A DNA stretch of 64,000 nucleotides from an uncultured Verrucomicrobiae bacterium (GCA_963761705.1 CAVXHK010000001.1:1283140-1347139); one strand, 5' to 3'. Counted from the first letter of the stretch, positions 16,694 to 26,027 are shown. A program made the numbers and translations. The notes: generated by a model not told the origin, from the letters alone.

Positions 16694-17913
16694 AAGAGGG
16701 GGATCCATATGAGGTCGGTGCCGCCCGGTTAATCGGATGGATCGACGAACTCGCGGCGGTGTCGGACGACGTCGTTGGAACGACGCGGACGTTTTTGTCG
16801 CCAGCGATGGCCGAGGCGAACGCGATGGTGGCGGGCTGGATGCACGGGGCGGGGATGTCCGCACGGATCGACGGTGCGGGGAATCTGGTCGGGCGGTGCG
16901 AGGGGGCGGGGGACGCGGTGCTGCTGACGGGTTCGCACCTGGACACGGTGCGGAACGCGGGGCGGTTCGACGGGATCCTGGGGGTGCTGCTGCCGATTGT
17001 GGCGGTCGAGTTGTTGCGGGCGGACGGTTGGGAGCCGGGGTTTTCGCTGGAGGTGTTTGGATTTGCGGACGAGGAGGGGGTGCGTTTTCAGGCGGGTTGT
17101 CTGGGGAGTAAGGCGGTGGCCGGGCGGCTGTCCGAGGCGGACTTCGAGTTGCGGGACCGGGATGGAGTGACGTTGCGGGAGGCATTGGTTGCGTTCGGTG
17201 GAGGGGAATATCTGGCTCCGTCTTGGCCGGCGGGCCGGGTGTTGGGTTACGTCGAGGCGCACATCGAGCAGGGGCCGGAGCTGGAGCTGGCGGATTGTCC
17301 GGTGAGCTTGGTAACGGGAATCAACGCGCAGCACCGGATCGCCGTGCGGGTGACGGGGCGGGCGGGGCACGCGGGGACGACGCCGATGGCGGCGCGGCTG
17401 GACGCGGGGGTCGGGGCGGCGGAATTCGCGGTCGCGGTCGAGCGCTTTGCTCGGGAGGCGGCGGGTCTCGTCGCGACGATCGGGATGTTGGAATTGCGGC
17501 CGGGGGCGGGAAACGTGATCCCGGGTGAGGCGGAGTTTTCGCTGGACGTCCGGCACGCTTCGGACGCGAGGCTGGGGACGGCTTGCGCGGGGCTGCGGGA
17601 GCGATTGGCGGAGATCTGCGCGAGACGCGGGTTGGGATTCGATTGGGATGTGGTGGACTCGATGCGGGCGGTGGGATTTGACGAGGGCCTCACGTCGGGC
17701 TTCGAGGCTGCGGTGCGGGCGGCGGGTTGTTCGGTGCTCGAGCTGCGGAGCGGGGCGGGGCACGACGCGATGGTGCTGGCGGAGCGGTGCCCGACGTCGA
17801 TGCTGTTCGTGCGGTGTCGGGGTGGGTTGAGCCATCACCCGGAGGAATTTGTTTCGGTGGCCGATGTCGCGGTGGCGTTGCGGGTCTTTTGTTCATTTTT
17901 GCGGGGGTTGTGA
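16654..17913 (+). CDS. allC: allantoate amidohydrolase (M20 family)
   Basis: Contains [19 protein letters not shown] and FADEEGVRF. The start is uncertain: ATG 16654 gives a 40-nt overlap with uraH, while TTG 16690 gives a 4-nt overlap. Confidence 0.85.
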   Translation: MHAVELFDLPGVLKEGDPYEVGAARLIGWIDELAAVSDDVVGTTRTFLSPAMAEANAMVAGWMHGAGMSARIDGAGNLVGRCEGAGDAVLLTGSHLDTVRNAGRFDGILGVLLPIVAVELLRADGWEPGFSLEVFGFADEEGVRFQAGCLGSKAVAGRLSEADFELRDRDGVTLREALVAFGGGEYLAPSWPAGRVLGYVEAHIEQGPELELADCPVSLVTGINAQHRIAVRVTGRAGHAGTTPMAARLDAGVGAAEFAVAVERFAREAAGLVATIGMLELRPGAGNVIPGEAEFSLDVRHASDARLGTACAGLRERLAEICARRGLGFDWDVVDSMRAVGFDEGLTSGFEAAVRAAGCSVLELRSGAGHDAMVLAERCPTSMLFVRCRGGLSHHPEEFVSVADVAVALRVFCSFLRGL

Positions 17914-17915
17914 AG

Positions 17916-19266
17916 ATGCGGGGAATGGTGATTCGGGGCGGCACGGTGGTGACGGACGACGCGGCGAGGGTGGCGGACGTGCGGATCAAAGCCGGACGGA
18001 TCGCGGAGATCGGGCCGGGGCGGGACCGAGTCGGACGATGTGATCGACGCGACCGGGGCGTGGGTGCTGGCGGGGATCGTGGACGGGCACGTGCATTTCA
18101 ACGAGCCGGGGCGGACGGAGTGGGAGGGATTTGCGACCGGGTCGCGGGCCTTGGCGGCCGGGGGTGGGACGACGTTCATCGACATGCCTCTCAACGCGTC
18201 GCCGCCAACGGTGGATCGGGAGGGTTTCGAATTGAAACGGGCGGCGGGCGAGGCGAGTTCGGTAATGGATTTTGCGCTCTGGGGTGGGTTGATTCCAGGG
18301 AATACGGGGCGGATGGAGGAGCTGGCGGCGTGCGGGGTGGTGGGATTCAAGGCGTTCATGTTGGACAGCGGGGTCGACGATTTTCCCGGGGTGGACGTGG
18401 CGACTTTACGGCGGGGGATGAGGGAAGCGGCCAGGCTTCGGCTGCCGGTGGCGGTGCACGCGGAGGACGCGGGAATCATCGCGCGGCAGACGCGGGTCTT
18501 TCAGGACGCGGGGCGGCGGGACGCGCGGGCGTTTTTGGATTCCCGACCGACCGAGGCGGAGGTCGAGGCGGTGCGGGTAGCGCTGGACGTGGCGGGCGAG
18601 ACCGGGTGCGCGCTGCACGTCGTGCACGTCAGCTGTCTGGAGGCGGCGGAGCTCATCGCCGAGGCGCGGTTGAGGGGGGCGGACGTGACGTTGGAGGTGT
18701 GCGCCCACCACCTGCTGTTGGACGAAGAGGAGACGTTTCTGCAGGGAGCGATGGCGAAGTGCGCGCCTCCGCTGCGACCCGCATCGACGGTATCGGAAAT
18801 GCGGGACTTGCTGCTCGCCGGGAGGGTGGATGTCGTGGGATCGGATCATTCGCCGGCTCCGCCAGAGATGAAGACGGGGGACGATTTGTTTGCGGCTTGG
18901 GGGGGAATCATGGGTTGTCAGCACGGGTTCTTGTTGCTGCTCGATTGGTTGATCCGGAAGGACGTGGGTCGTCTGCCGGAAGTGTGGCGGACGTTGACGA
19001 CGGGACCGGCGCAGCGATTTGGGCTGCCGAAGCGGGGGCTGGCGGTGGGTGGCGACGCGGACCTCATCATCGTGGAGACAGTGGAGGACCGGGTGATCCG
19101 GCGGGAGGAGCTGCTCACGCGGCACCGGACGTCGCCTTACGTTGGGAAAAGGCTAGGGGTACGGGTGCGGGAGTCTTATCTGCGGGGAGAACCGCTCGTT
19201 CACCGTAGCGACGAAAACGTGACGGGGCGGGGACGGTTTTTGAAACGATCCGGGCGGCTGCCGTGA
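17916..19266 (+). pseudogene. allB: allantoinase interrupted by an apparent 1-nt frame disruption near 18018-18024
   Basis: Codons 17916..~18020 in frame 0 read MRGMVIRGGTVVTDDAARVADVRIKAGRIAEIGPG, the AllB N-terminus. The remainder, from ..TESDDVIDATGAWVLAGIVDGHVHFNEPGRTEWEG to the stop at 19266, is in frame 1. The switch lies within GGGCCGGGGCGGGACC. Confidence 0.85.
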
Positions 19267-20006
19267 AGGTAGAATTCCTGGTAATCGGGGCGCAGAAGTC
19301 CGGGACGACGGCGCTCAATCGGATGCTCCGGCAGCACCCTGGCTTGTGTCTGGCCGAGAAGAAGGAGGTTCATTTTTTCGACCGGGACGCGGCGTTTGCG
19401 GATGGGGACCCCGATTGGGAGGAGTATCATTCTCATTTCTCGCCGGGGGACGGACAAGTCGTGGGGGAAAACACGCCGGTGTATCTGTATTGGAAGCCGG
19501 CGGCGGAACGGATTGCGCGATACAACCCGGCCATGCGCCTGCTGGCGGTGCTGCGGGATCCGGCGGAGCGGGCGTTTTCACATTGGCAAATGACGACGCG
19601 TAATGGTGATGAGACGCTGCCCTTTAGCGACGCAATCCGGCGGGAGGAGGAGCGGTGCGCCGCGGCGGGGCCTGGCGGGGCGGGGCAGCACCGGTTCTGG
19701 TCCTACGTGGATCGGGGGCGCTACGCGGGACAGATCGAGCGGTTTCGGCGGTTCTTTCCGGTGAAGCAGATGCTGGTGCTGCGGAGCGAGGAGCTGCGGG
19801 AGGAGCCGCAGGAGGTGTATGAGCGGCTGGCGGATTTCTTGGGCTTGGAGCGGCGGCAGTTTCGGGTTCGGCGGAAGCCGGTGAAGGTGCGTTACACGGA
19901 CGAGATGTCGGCTGAGGATCGGGAGTATCTGCGCGGGGTGTTTGCGCCGGAGGTGGACGCCCTGGAGGAATTGCTGGGGTGGGATCTGGTGGCGTGGCGG
20001 GGATGA
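19263..20006 (+). CDS. sulfotransferase family protein
   Basis: 247 aa. PAPS-binding-like 5'-PSB motif VIGAQKSGTTAL. The GTG start overlaps the allB stop (GTGA). Confidence 0.8.
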   Translation: MKVEFLVIGAQKSGTTALNRMLRQHPGLCLAEKKEVHFFDRDAAFADGDPDWEEYHSHFSPGDGQVVGENTPVYLYWKPAAERIARYNPAMRLLAVLRDPAERAFSHWQMTTRNGDETLPFSDAIRREEERCAAAGPGGAGQHRFWSYVDRGRYAGQIERFRRFFPVKQMLVLRSEELREEPQEVYERLADFLGLERRQFRVRRKPVKVRYTDEMSAEDREYLRGVFAPEVDALEELLGWDLVAWRG

Positions 20007-20035
20007 TGGGACGTGTCCGGCGGAGGCGGAGCGGA

Positions 20036-20088
20036 CTGGTTCGGCGATTGCAAATCGCCGCGCCTTGAACGGTTGCGCCCTTGCGGGT
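20036..20088 (+). promoter_or_regulatory. copy B of the dispersed element: sigma-54-like -24/-12 motif plus perfect hairpin, upstream of cimA
   Basis: CTGGTTCGGCGATTGCAAAT is identical to copy A over 20 nt. Hairpin CGGCGATT-GCA-AATCGCCG, followed by CCTTGAA and CCCTTGCGG blocks. Confidence 0.45.
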
Positions 20089-20119
20089 GGTGGTGCGGTC
20101 GGGTAGTTATCGCGGTCCG

Positions 20120-21712
20120 ATGGAAGCGAAACGAGTGACCCTCTACGACACGACTCTGCGCGATGGGACGCAGGGGACGGGGATTTCGTTTTCGGTTCAA
20201 GATAAGATCCGGGTGGCGGAGCGGCTGGATGCGTTTGGGTTCGACTACATCGAGGGCGGTTGGCCGGGGTCGAATCCGCGAGACGTGGCGTTTTTTCAGG
20301 AGGCGGCGAAGCGAACTTGGAAAAACGCGAAAATCGCGGCGTTTGGCATGACGCGGAGGGGGAAGCTGGGGGTCGAGGACGACGCGCAGGTCCGGTTGTT
20401 GCTGGAGGCGGAGACGCCGGTGGTGACGATCGTGGGGAAGACGTGGCCGCTGCACGTGACGGAGGTTTTCAACGTCTCGCTGGAAGAAAATCTGGCGATG
20501 ATCGCGGACACCGTCGCGTTTTTGAAAATAAACGGTCGCGAGGTCATCTACGACGCTGAGCATTTTTTCGATAGTTACGTCGAAGACACGGAGTATTCGC
20601 TCGCGACGGTGCGGGCGGCGCGGGACGCCGGGGCGGATCTCGTGGTGCTCTGCGACACGAACGGCGGGTCGATGCCCGAGACTGTCGGGTCGGTCACGCA
20701 GGACGTGATGGCGCACCTCGGCGTGGCGGTCGGCATCCACACTCACAACGATTGCGGGGTCGGGGTGGCGAACGCGCTCGCGGCGGTTCGCGCTGGAGCA
20801 GTGCAGGTGCAGGGCACGATCAATGGCTACGGCGAGCGGGTGGGGAATTGCAACCTCACCAGTGTGATTCCAAATCTTCAGCTCAAGCTCGGCCTGCCGG
20901 TCGTCGACGATCTGTCACGTCTCCGGGAACTTGCGGTCTTCGTTGACGAGATGGCGAACGTGCCGCACGACATCCGCGCTCCCTACGTCGGAGCCGCTGC
21001 GTTCACCCACAAGGGTGGGTTGCACGTCCACGCGGTGCAGAAGCTGGCGCGAACTTACGAGCACGTGCCGCCGGGTGTGGTGGGGAATCGGCAGACGATC
21101 GTCGTCTCGGATCTCTCGGGTCAGTCGAACGTGCTGATCAAGGCGAAAGAGCTTGGGTTCGACTTGGCAAAAGGGGCGCCGGAGGTCGCGGCGACGTTGG
21201 CCGAGATCAAACGGTTGGAGAACGACGGGTTCGAATTCGAGGCTGCTGACGGGTCATTCGATTTGCTCGTGCGGCGGTCGCTGGGCGCTTGGCGGGCGTT
21301 GTTTGATCTGAAGGAATATCATTGCACGTTCCGACACTCGCCCGTTGGGGGGTCGGTCAACACGTGCGAGGCGACCGTGAAACTGCACGTCGGCGGCGAG
21401 GCGGAATACACCGTGGCCGAAGGTGATGGACCGGTGAACGCGCTGGACGCGGCGTTGCGAAAGGCGTTGCGACCATTTTACGGCTGGATCGATGGGATCG
21501 CGCTCACGGATTACAAAGTGCGGATCGTGGACGGGAAAATGGGGACCGCCGCCCGGACCCGGGTGCTCATCGAATCGGCGGATGGTGAATCTTCCTGGGG
21601 AACGGTTGGCGTGTCGGACAACATCATCGAAGCCAGCTGGCAGGCGCTCGTGGATAGCTACGAATACGCCGCGCTGAAGAGCGGGCGATTGAACGTGGAG
21701 GCTGCGACGTGA
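20120..21712 (+). CDS. cimA: citramalate synthase (LeuA-related, CimA type)
   Basis: Track ORF trimmed to ATG 20120 (MEAKRVTLYDTTLRDGTQG). Contains HTHNDCGVGVANALAAV and a C-terminal LeuA-dimer-like domain. Confidence 0.88.
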   Translation: MEAKRVTLYDTTLRDGTQGTGISFSVQDKIRVAERLDAFGFDYIEGGWPGSNPRDVAFFQEAAKRTWKNAKIAAFGMTRRGKLGVEDDAQVRLLLEAETPVVTIVGKTWPLHVTEVFNVSLEENLAMIADTVAFLKINGREVIYDAEHFFDSYVEDTEYSLATVRAARDAGADLVVLCDTNGGSMPETVGSVTQDVMAHLGVAVGIHTHNDCGVGVANALAAVRAGAVQVQGTINGYGERVGNCNLTSVIPNLQLKLGLPVVDDLSRLRELAVFVDEMANVPHDIRAPYVGAAAFTHKGGLHVHAVQKLARTYEHVPPGVVGNRQTIVVSDLSGQSNVLIKAKELGFDLAKGAPEVAATLAEIKRLENDGFEFEAADGSFDLLVRRSLGAWRALFDLKEYHCTFRHSPVGGSVNTCEATVKLHVGGEAEYTVAEGDGPVNALDAALRKALRPFYGWIDGIALTDYKVRIVDGKMGTAARTRVLIESADGESSWGTVGVSDNIIEASWQALVDSYEYAALKSGRLNVEAAT

Positions 21713-22173
21713 CGGGCGAAGATTGGGTGCAGGCGACGAACCTGGTTCTGCTTGGGCTCCTGGCGGGGTGTGACTTGGCGTCCGTGCTGTTCGTGCAGCC
21801 CGCTTTGGTGCGGCTGCCGGAGACGCAGCGGGCCGAGGCGGTGCGGGCGGTTTTCCGGCGGACGGGGCGGCTACTGCCGGTGCTCGCGGTCGCCGGGCTG
21901 GTGACTGCCCTGGCTGCGACCGGGATTGTGGCGGTGACTCGGACGCTGAGCGTGTGGTTGCCGCTGATCGGTTTGCTGGCGCTCGCGGGTATGGTCGCGG
22001 CGAGCGTGAAGGGAAGTCTGCCCGCTTTGAAGGGCTTGCTCGCGCTGCCGGATGGCACCGATGAGAAAGCGTGGAAAGTGCTGTGGCACCGATGGGACCG
22101 CTGGCAGACGCTGCGGGTCGGCTTGGAGATCGTGGCGCTCGGAGCCTTCGCCGTGGCGGCGGTCTGGGAATGA
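21709..22173 (+). CDS. DUF1772-like integral membrane protein
   Basis: 154 aa with four hydrophobic helices. The GTG start overlaps the cimA stop. Confidence 0.6.
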   Translation: MTGEDWVQATNLVLLGLLAGCDLASVLFVQPALVRLPETQRAEAVRAVFRRTGRLLPVLAVAGLVTALAATGIVAVTRTLSVWLPLIGLLALAGMVAASVKGSLPALKGLLALPDGTDEKAWKVLWHRWDRWQTLRVGLEIVALGAFAVAAVWE

Positions 22174-22357
22174 GGCGGGGCGATCCGTTTTCCGGGTAGG
22201 GAAGCCGCGCGGTTGGGTGCCCGCTTTCAAGACGGGGGCGTGCGATCCACGCTGAGTGGAAGATCGCTTCGGGTCGGCGATCCACCCGCTGGGAGCAAGT
22301 CACGGAACCCGCGGCGCGGCTTCCCTTCCCAGGTGTCGATGCGGTAGCGTTCGCGAC

Positions 22358-23638
22358 GTGGCGGGTGAATCTTTGACTTTGCAGAAACTGGTTCACCCGA
22401 AGGAGGAGACGTATTTCATCGCTCTGCTCGTGATCTCGGTCCTCATCTGGATCGTTATCTCGTGCTTCGCGATTTTCTTTTTACCGTTCGTCGCACTGTT
22501 CGGGTGGCTTGCGAACGGATTATTCGTCGCGCAGCTGCGGAGCGAGTCCGTCGAGGTGACGGAGACGCAGCTACCGGCGCTCCACCGGGCGTTCCGCGAG
22601 ACTTGTGACCGGCTGGCGCAAACGAAGATGCCGCGGCTTTACGTGCTACAGGCGGGCGGGTTGCTGAACGCTTTCGCGACGCGCTTCTGTGCTCGAGATT
22701 TCGTGGTTCTTTATTCGGACATCGTCGAGGCGACGGGCACGGATTCGTGCGAGATGCGGTTCATCTTGGGACACGAGATCGGGCACGTGCGGCGAAAGCA
22801 TCTTCTCAAGGAGCTCATTCTCCTGCCGGGCCTGTTGTTGCCGCTGATCGGAAATGCCTACCGCCGGAGCCGCGAGACGACGTGTGACCGCTACGGGATG
22901 TTTGCTGCGAACGACGCGCGCGGCGCGGTGCAGGCGATGATGATGCTGGCCGGAGGGCGCGAGGCGAAGCGGTTGTTTTTGCCCGAGGAATTTGCGGACC
23001 AGGCGGTGCGGGAGCGTGGGTTCTTCGTGTCGTGGCACGAACTGCTGTCGAGCTATCCGACCTTGTCGCGGCGAGTGGCTGATCTGTTGGCGCTTGAGCG
23101 TGGCGAGCCGGAGCGCAAGCCAAAGCGTCACCCGCTTGCTTACGTGATCGCCCTGTTTTCACCGAGCACGCCGGGCGGCGGGGTCGGGAGTCTGATCGTC
23201 ACCGTTATCGTGTTGTTCTATCTGGCGATGGTCGGGGCGTCCGTGCTGGTGCCGGTGGTTACAAAACTGGCGGCGAAAGACAATGCGGCTGCCGTCCAAG
23301 GATCGGCGGAATCCGACTTAGTTCAGTCCGAAGTCCGGGAGGACGGTGTCATCGAGACTGGCTTGATCGGCGAATGGATCGGTTCGTCGCCGGAAGATTC
23401 GATGACCTGGACGACGAAGCGAATGGCCGATGGGACGTTGGAAACCATCTTTGACGAGGCGACGGACGACGAGTTCCGTCAACTTGGAGACTGGCGGGTC
23501 GTCGGCGACACTTACTACGAACTCCTCGGTGCGAACGGCATGGTTGAGTTCGAGATCATCGAGCGAAGTGACGGAGTGGTTAAATTCGTCGACGAGGGAT
23601 CGGGGCCGGATTCGGCCTACGTCGAACGACGGAAATAA
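22358..23638 (+). CDS. M48-family zinc metalloprotease, membrane-embedded, with extra C-terminal domain
   Basis: HEXXH motif (LGHEIGHVRRKH) and N-terminal TM helices. The track start at 22256 lies inside a structured non-coding element, so the in-frame GTG at 22358 is preferred. Confidence 0.75.
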   Translation: MAGESLTLQKLVHPKEETYFIALLVISVLIWIVISCFAIFFLPFVALFGWLANGLFVAQLRSESVEVTETQLPALHRAFRETCDRLAQTKMPRLYVLQAGGLLNAFATRFCARDFVVLYSDIVEATGTDSCEMRFILGHEIGHVRRKHLLKELILLPGLLLPLIGNAYRRSRETTCDRYGMFAANDARGAVQAMMMLAGGREAKRLFLPEEFADQAVRERGFFVSWHELLSSYPTLSRRVADLLALERGEPERKPKRHPLAYVIALFSPSTPGGGVGSLIVTVIVLFYLAMVGASVLVPVVTKLAAKDNAAAVQGSAESDLVQSEVREDGVIETGLIGEWIGSSPEDSMTWTTKRMADGTLETIFDEATDDEFRQLGDWRVVGDTYYELLGANGMVEFEIIERSDGVVKFVDEGSGPDSAYVERRK

Positions 23639-23644
23639 CGGCGC

Positions 23645-24349
23645 TCAGATCGTCGTGTAGAGGAGCCGATTGCAGTTCGGGCAGTGGACGATTGCCTTCG
23701 ATGCTTTGACGGCGAGAACGGTCTGCGTGGTGACTTTGACGTGGCAGCCGGTGCAGTTGTCACCATCGAGTTCCACGATGGCGGTGCCGAGTTTGCCTTT
23801 GAAGATGCGGTCGTATTGATCGAGGAGATCTTCGTCGAGTCCTTCGGTGAGCGCTGGGCGACTGGCGAGAAGCTCCGTTACGGAGGCATCGACGTTGACC
23901 TTTTTCTTGCCGAGTTCGGTGATTTGGGTCTCGAGTTTGGCGCGCTCCTCGGTGTGGGCTCGTTCGGCCTCGGCGACGGCGGGCTGGAGGGATTCGGTCT
24001 CCTCCATGAGGTCGAGTTCACGATCCTCGATCGCGCGGATCGACTTCTCGGCGGTCTCGATCTCGTGGCCGAGGGCGGCGAATTGTTCATTCTTACGCGT
24101 CTCGAGCTGCTGAGTTTTGTAGCGGGCGATGTTGCCGCGTTTGGTGCCGGCTTCGAGTTCGAGAGATTTTCGCTCGAGTTCGATGGCGCGGAGGCGCGTC
24201 TTGGAGGCTTCCAGGCGGGCGGCTGAGGAGGCGATCTGCTTCTCCTTCGCGGCCTTTTCGTCCGGGATGGCGGCGAGTTCGAGTTTGAGTGCGCGGATGC
24301 GTTGGTCGCGGTCCTGAATGGTGAGGAGGGTTTCGATTTCCGGAAGCAT
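23645..24349 (-). CDS. coiled-coil protein with C-terminal C4 zinc ribbon (COG1579/DUF164-like)
   Basis: Track ORF trimmed to ATG 24349 (MLPEIETLLTIQDRD). The C-terminus is CTGCHVKV...HCPNCNRLLY. Confidence 0.8.
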   Translation of the reverse strand: MLPEIETLLTIQDRDQRIRALKLELAAIPDEKAAKEKQIASSAARLEASKTRLRAIELERKSLELEAGTKRGNIARYKTQQLETRKNEQFAALGHEIETAEKSIRAIEDRELDLMEETESLQPAVAEAERAHTEERAKLETQITELGKKKVNVDASVTELLASRPALTEGLDEDLLDQYDRIFKGKLGTAIVELDGDNCTGCHVKVTTQTVLAVKASKAIVHCPNCNRLLYTTI

Positions 24350-24466
24350 CGGTGAGGGGAGGCTGTCCAATCGGGCGCGGCGGGACCAGCCCGAAATTCC
24401 GGGATCGAGAGTTGCTTGCGCGTCGGACTTGAATAAAGGTCCGCTCCGCTCGTTACTCGCTCGACC

Positions 24467-25612
24467 ATGCCCGTTCCCGTGAATCCTGATAATCCGCACG
24501 TCGCGGTGCCCGGGAAGCGGTCGAAATACCTCCCGCAGCTCGACGGGTTGCGCGGCATCGCGATCCTCACGGTGCTGCTCCATCACTTTCACGTTCATCT
24601 CCCGGCGTGGGTGGACTGGGGTCCGATCGGAGTGCGTCTATTTTTTCTGTTGAGTGGGTATCTCATCACGCTGTCGCTGTGGAAGATGAACGCCCGGTCC
24701 GTCGCGGGCGCGAGCTGGTGGCGCGGGCTTTGGGGATACCACACCCGCCGCTTCACCCGGCTGGCTCCGGTGCTGTATCTCATGCTGGCCATCGCGTTTC
24801 TGCTCGGGCTGCCGGAATACCGCGACGCGCTCCTTTGGCACGCGGCGTTCCTCACAAATTTTTACGCAACGTTCGAAAACCAATGGCCGGGCGCGGCATC
24901 GCACCTCTGGTCGCTCTCGGTGCAAGAGCAATTTTACGTGCTTTGGCCGTTCGTGATTCTCGTCATCCCACGGCGGATTTTACCGTGGGCGATGCTGGCC
25001 CTCATCGGCGGGGCGTTTTCCTTCCGTTTCTGGGCGTCGGCGACGGACGCATCCGATTTTATCAAATGGACGATGCTGCCTGGGGTGATCGACAGTTTTG
25101 CGCTTGGAGCGATGATTTCGTGCTGGAAAGCCTCGCCCGAGCGGATGCCACTGGCGACCGGGCGGCTCGGTCTCATCGTCTCAGCGCTCGCGCTCGCCTG
25201 CTACGTGGCTGCCCGGTTCATGCGTTACGCAAAGTTCGACTCGCCCTGGCTGGCGTTCACCGAGACGTTCGAGAACGTCTTTCTTGGCTGGGTGATGTTG
25301 CGGACGATCGAGGGTTGGCCGGGATTGCTTGGGCGTTTTTTTGAGAACCGGTTGCTCGTTTACATCGGAAAGGTGAGCTACGGGATCTACGTCTTCCACG
25401 TGTTGGTGCACGTGCTCGTTGGTCCGCTCCTCGACGAGATCGGGTTCAAGCCCCACGTGTTCGCGCGCGCGGTGGTGCTCTCCGCAATCTCGATCGGCGT
25501 GGCGACGCTGTCCTGGAGAGTCCTGGAAAATCCGCTCACCGTCTGGGTCCGAAGGCACGAAGCGGAGAAGCGAGCGACTTCCAGTGAGACGTCGAAAGTC
25601 GCGGCGAGGTGA
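24467..25612 (+). CDS. acyltransferase family 3 (OafA-like) membrane protein
   Basis: 381 aa; YLPQLDGLRGIAILTVLLHHF, with multiple TM helices. Confidence 0.85.
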   Translation: MPVPVNPDNPHVAVPGKRSKYLPQLDGLRGIAILTVLLHHFHVHLPAWVDWGPIGVRLFFLLSGYLITLSLWKMNARSVAGASWWRGLWGYHTRRFTRLAPVLYLMLAIAFLLGLPEYRDALLWHAAFLTNFYATFENQWPGAASHLWSLSVQEQFYVLWPFVILVIPRRILPWAMLALIGGAFSFRFWASATDASDFIKWTMLPGVIDSFALGAMISCWKASPERMPLATGRLGLIVSALALACYVAARFMRYAKFDSPWLAFTETFENVFLGWVMLRTIEGWPGLLGRFFENRLLVYIGKVSYGIYVFHVLVHVLVGPLLDEIGFKPHVFARAVVLSAISIGVATLSWRVLENPLTVWVRRHEAEKRATSSETSKVAAR

Positions 25613-25720
25613 GGCGGTAGGGGCCTCGATCGCCAGCCTGCGGATCGGGAAACGTTCACTGGCTCGGAAATTGCTTCGTGGCGGCGGTGTCCAGCCGACG
25701 ATTGTCCAAACGTCGCCTCA

Positions 25721-25747
25721 CGAAAAAGGGCGCGCCGAAGCGCGCCC
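25721..25747 (-). terminator. rho-independent terminator of the 25773..26027 gene
   Basis: GGGCGCGC-CGAA-GCGCGCCC stem-loop, followed on the minus strand by TTTTTCG. Confidence 0.7.
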
Positions 25748-25772
25748 TCATCAAATTGGTCCGTTGGAAGAT

Positions 25773-26027
25773 TTACTCGAGTTCGTCGGCCTTGCGGGAG
25801 AGCCGGTTCGAAAGGATGAAGAAGCTCGGGACCCAGAGGCCAATGAAGATGCCAAAGCGTTCACCGTAGGCTCGATTTTCGCGCGAGGCGGTGAACCAGG
25901 TGATGATCGAGGCCAGGATGGAAACGAATCCCAGGTAGAGGCAAACGTCGGAAACCAAACGAAGGTTGTCCGCGTTCACGCTGTTGGTCACTGGCTTCAC
26001 GTAGTCTTCAATGTCTGATTTTTTCAT
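25773..26027 (-). CDS. small two-TM membrane protein
   Basis: 84 aa (MKKSDIEDYV...), taken from the 3' end of a spurious 495-aa track ORF. Two hydrophobic helices, with a strong terminator downstream. Confidence 0.55.
   Translation of the reverse strand: MKKSDIEDYVKPVTNSVNADNLRLVSDVCLYLGFVSILASIITWFTASRENRAYGERFGIFIGLWVPSFFILSNRLSRKADELE

Noticed and set aside
14402-17185. 927-aa minus-strand ORF, the longest ORF in this region of the track
   Set aside because: Extreme Pro/Arg/Ser/Thr composition. It runs antisense to uraD, uraH and allC and out of frame through uricase, a typical GC-rich shadow ORF. Only its last 65 codons (14402..14599) look like a real small protein.
17727-19208. 493-aa plus-strand Gly/Arg-rich ORF
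   Set aside because: Only the segment 17916 to ~18020 is meaningful; it encodes the N-terminus of allantoinase. The rest is the wrong frame of allB.
22194-22330. Possible TPP (THI-box) riboswitch, because of GGGTGCC and GCTGAG blocks
   Set aside because: The obligatory ACCC...GAACCTGATC...GGGA core and the correct block order are missing, and the downstream gene is a protease rather than a thiamine gene. Kept only as an unclassified structured element.
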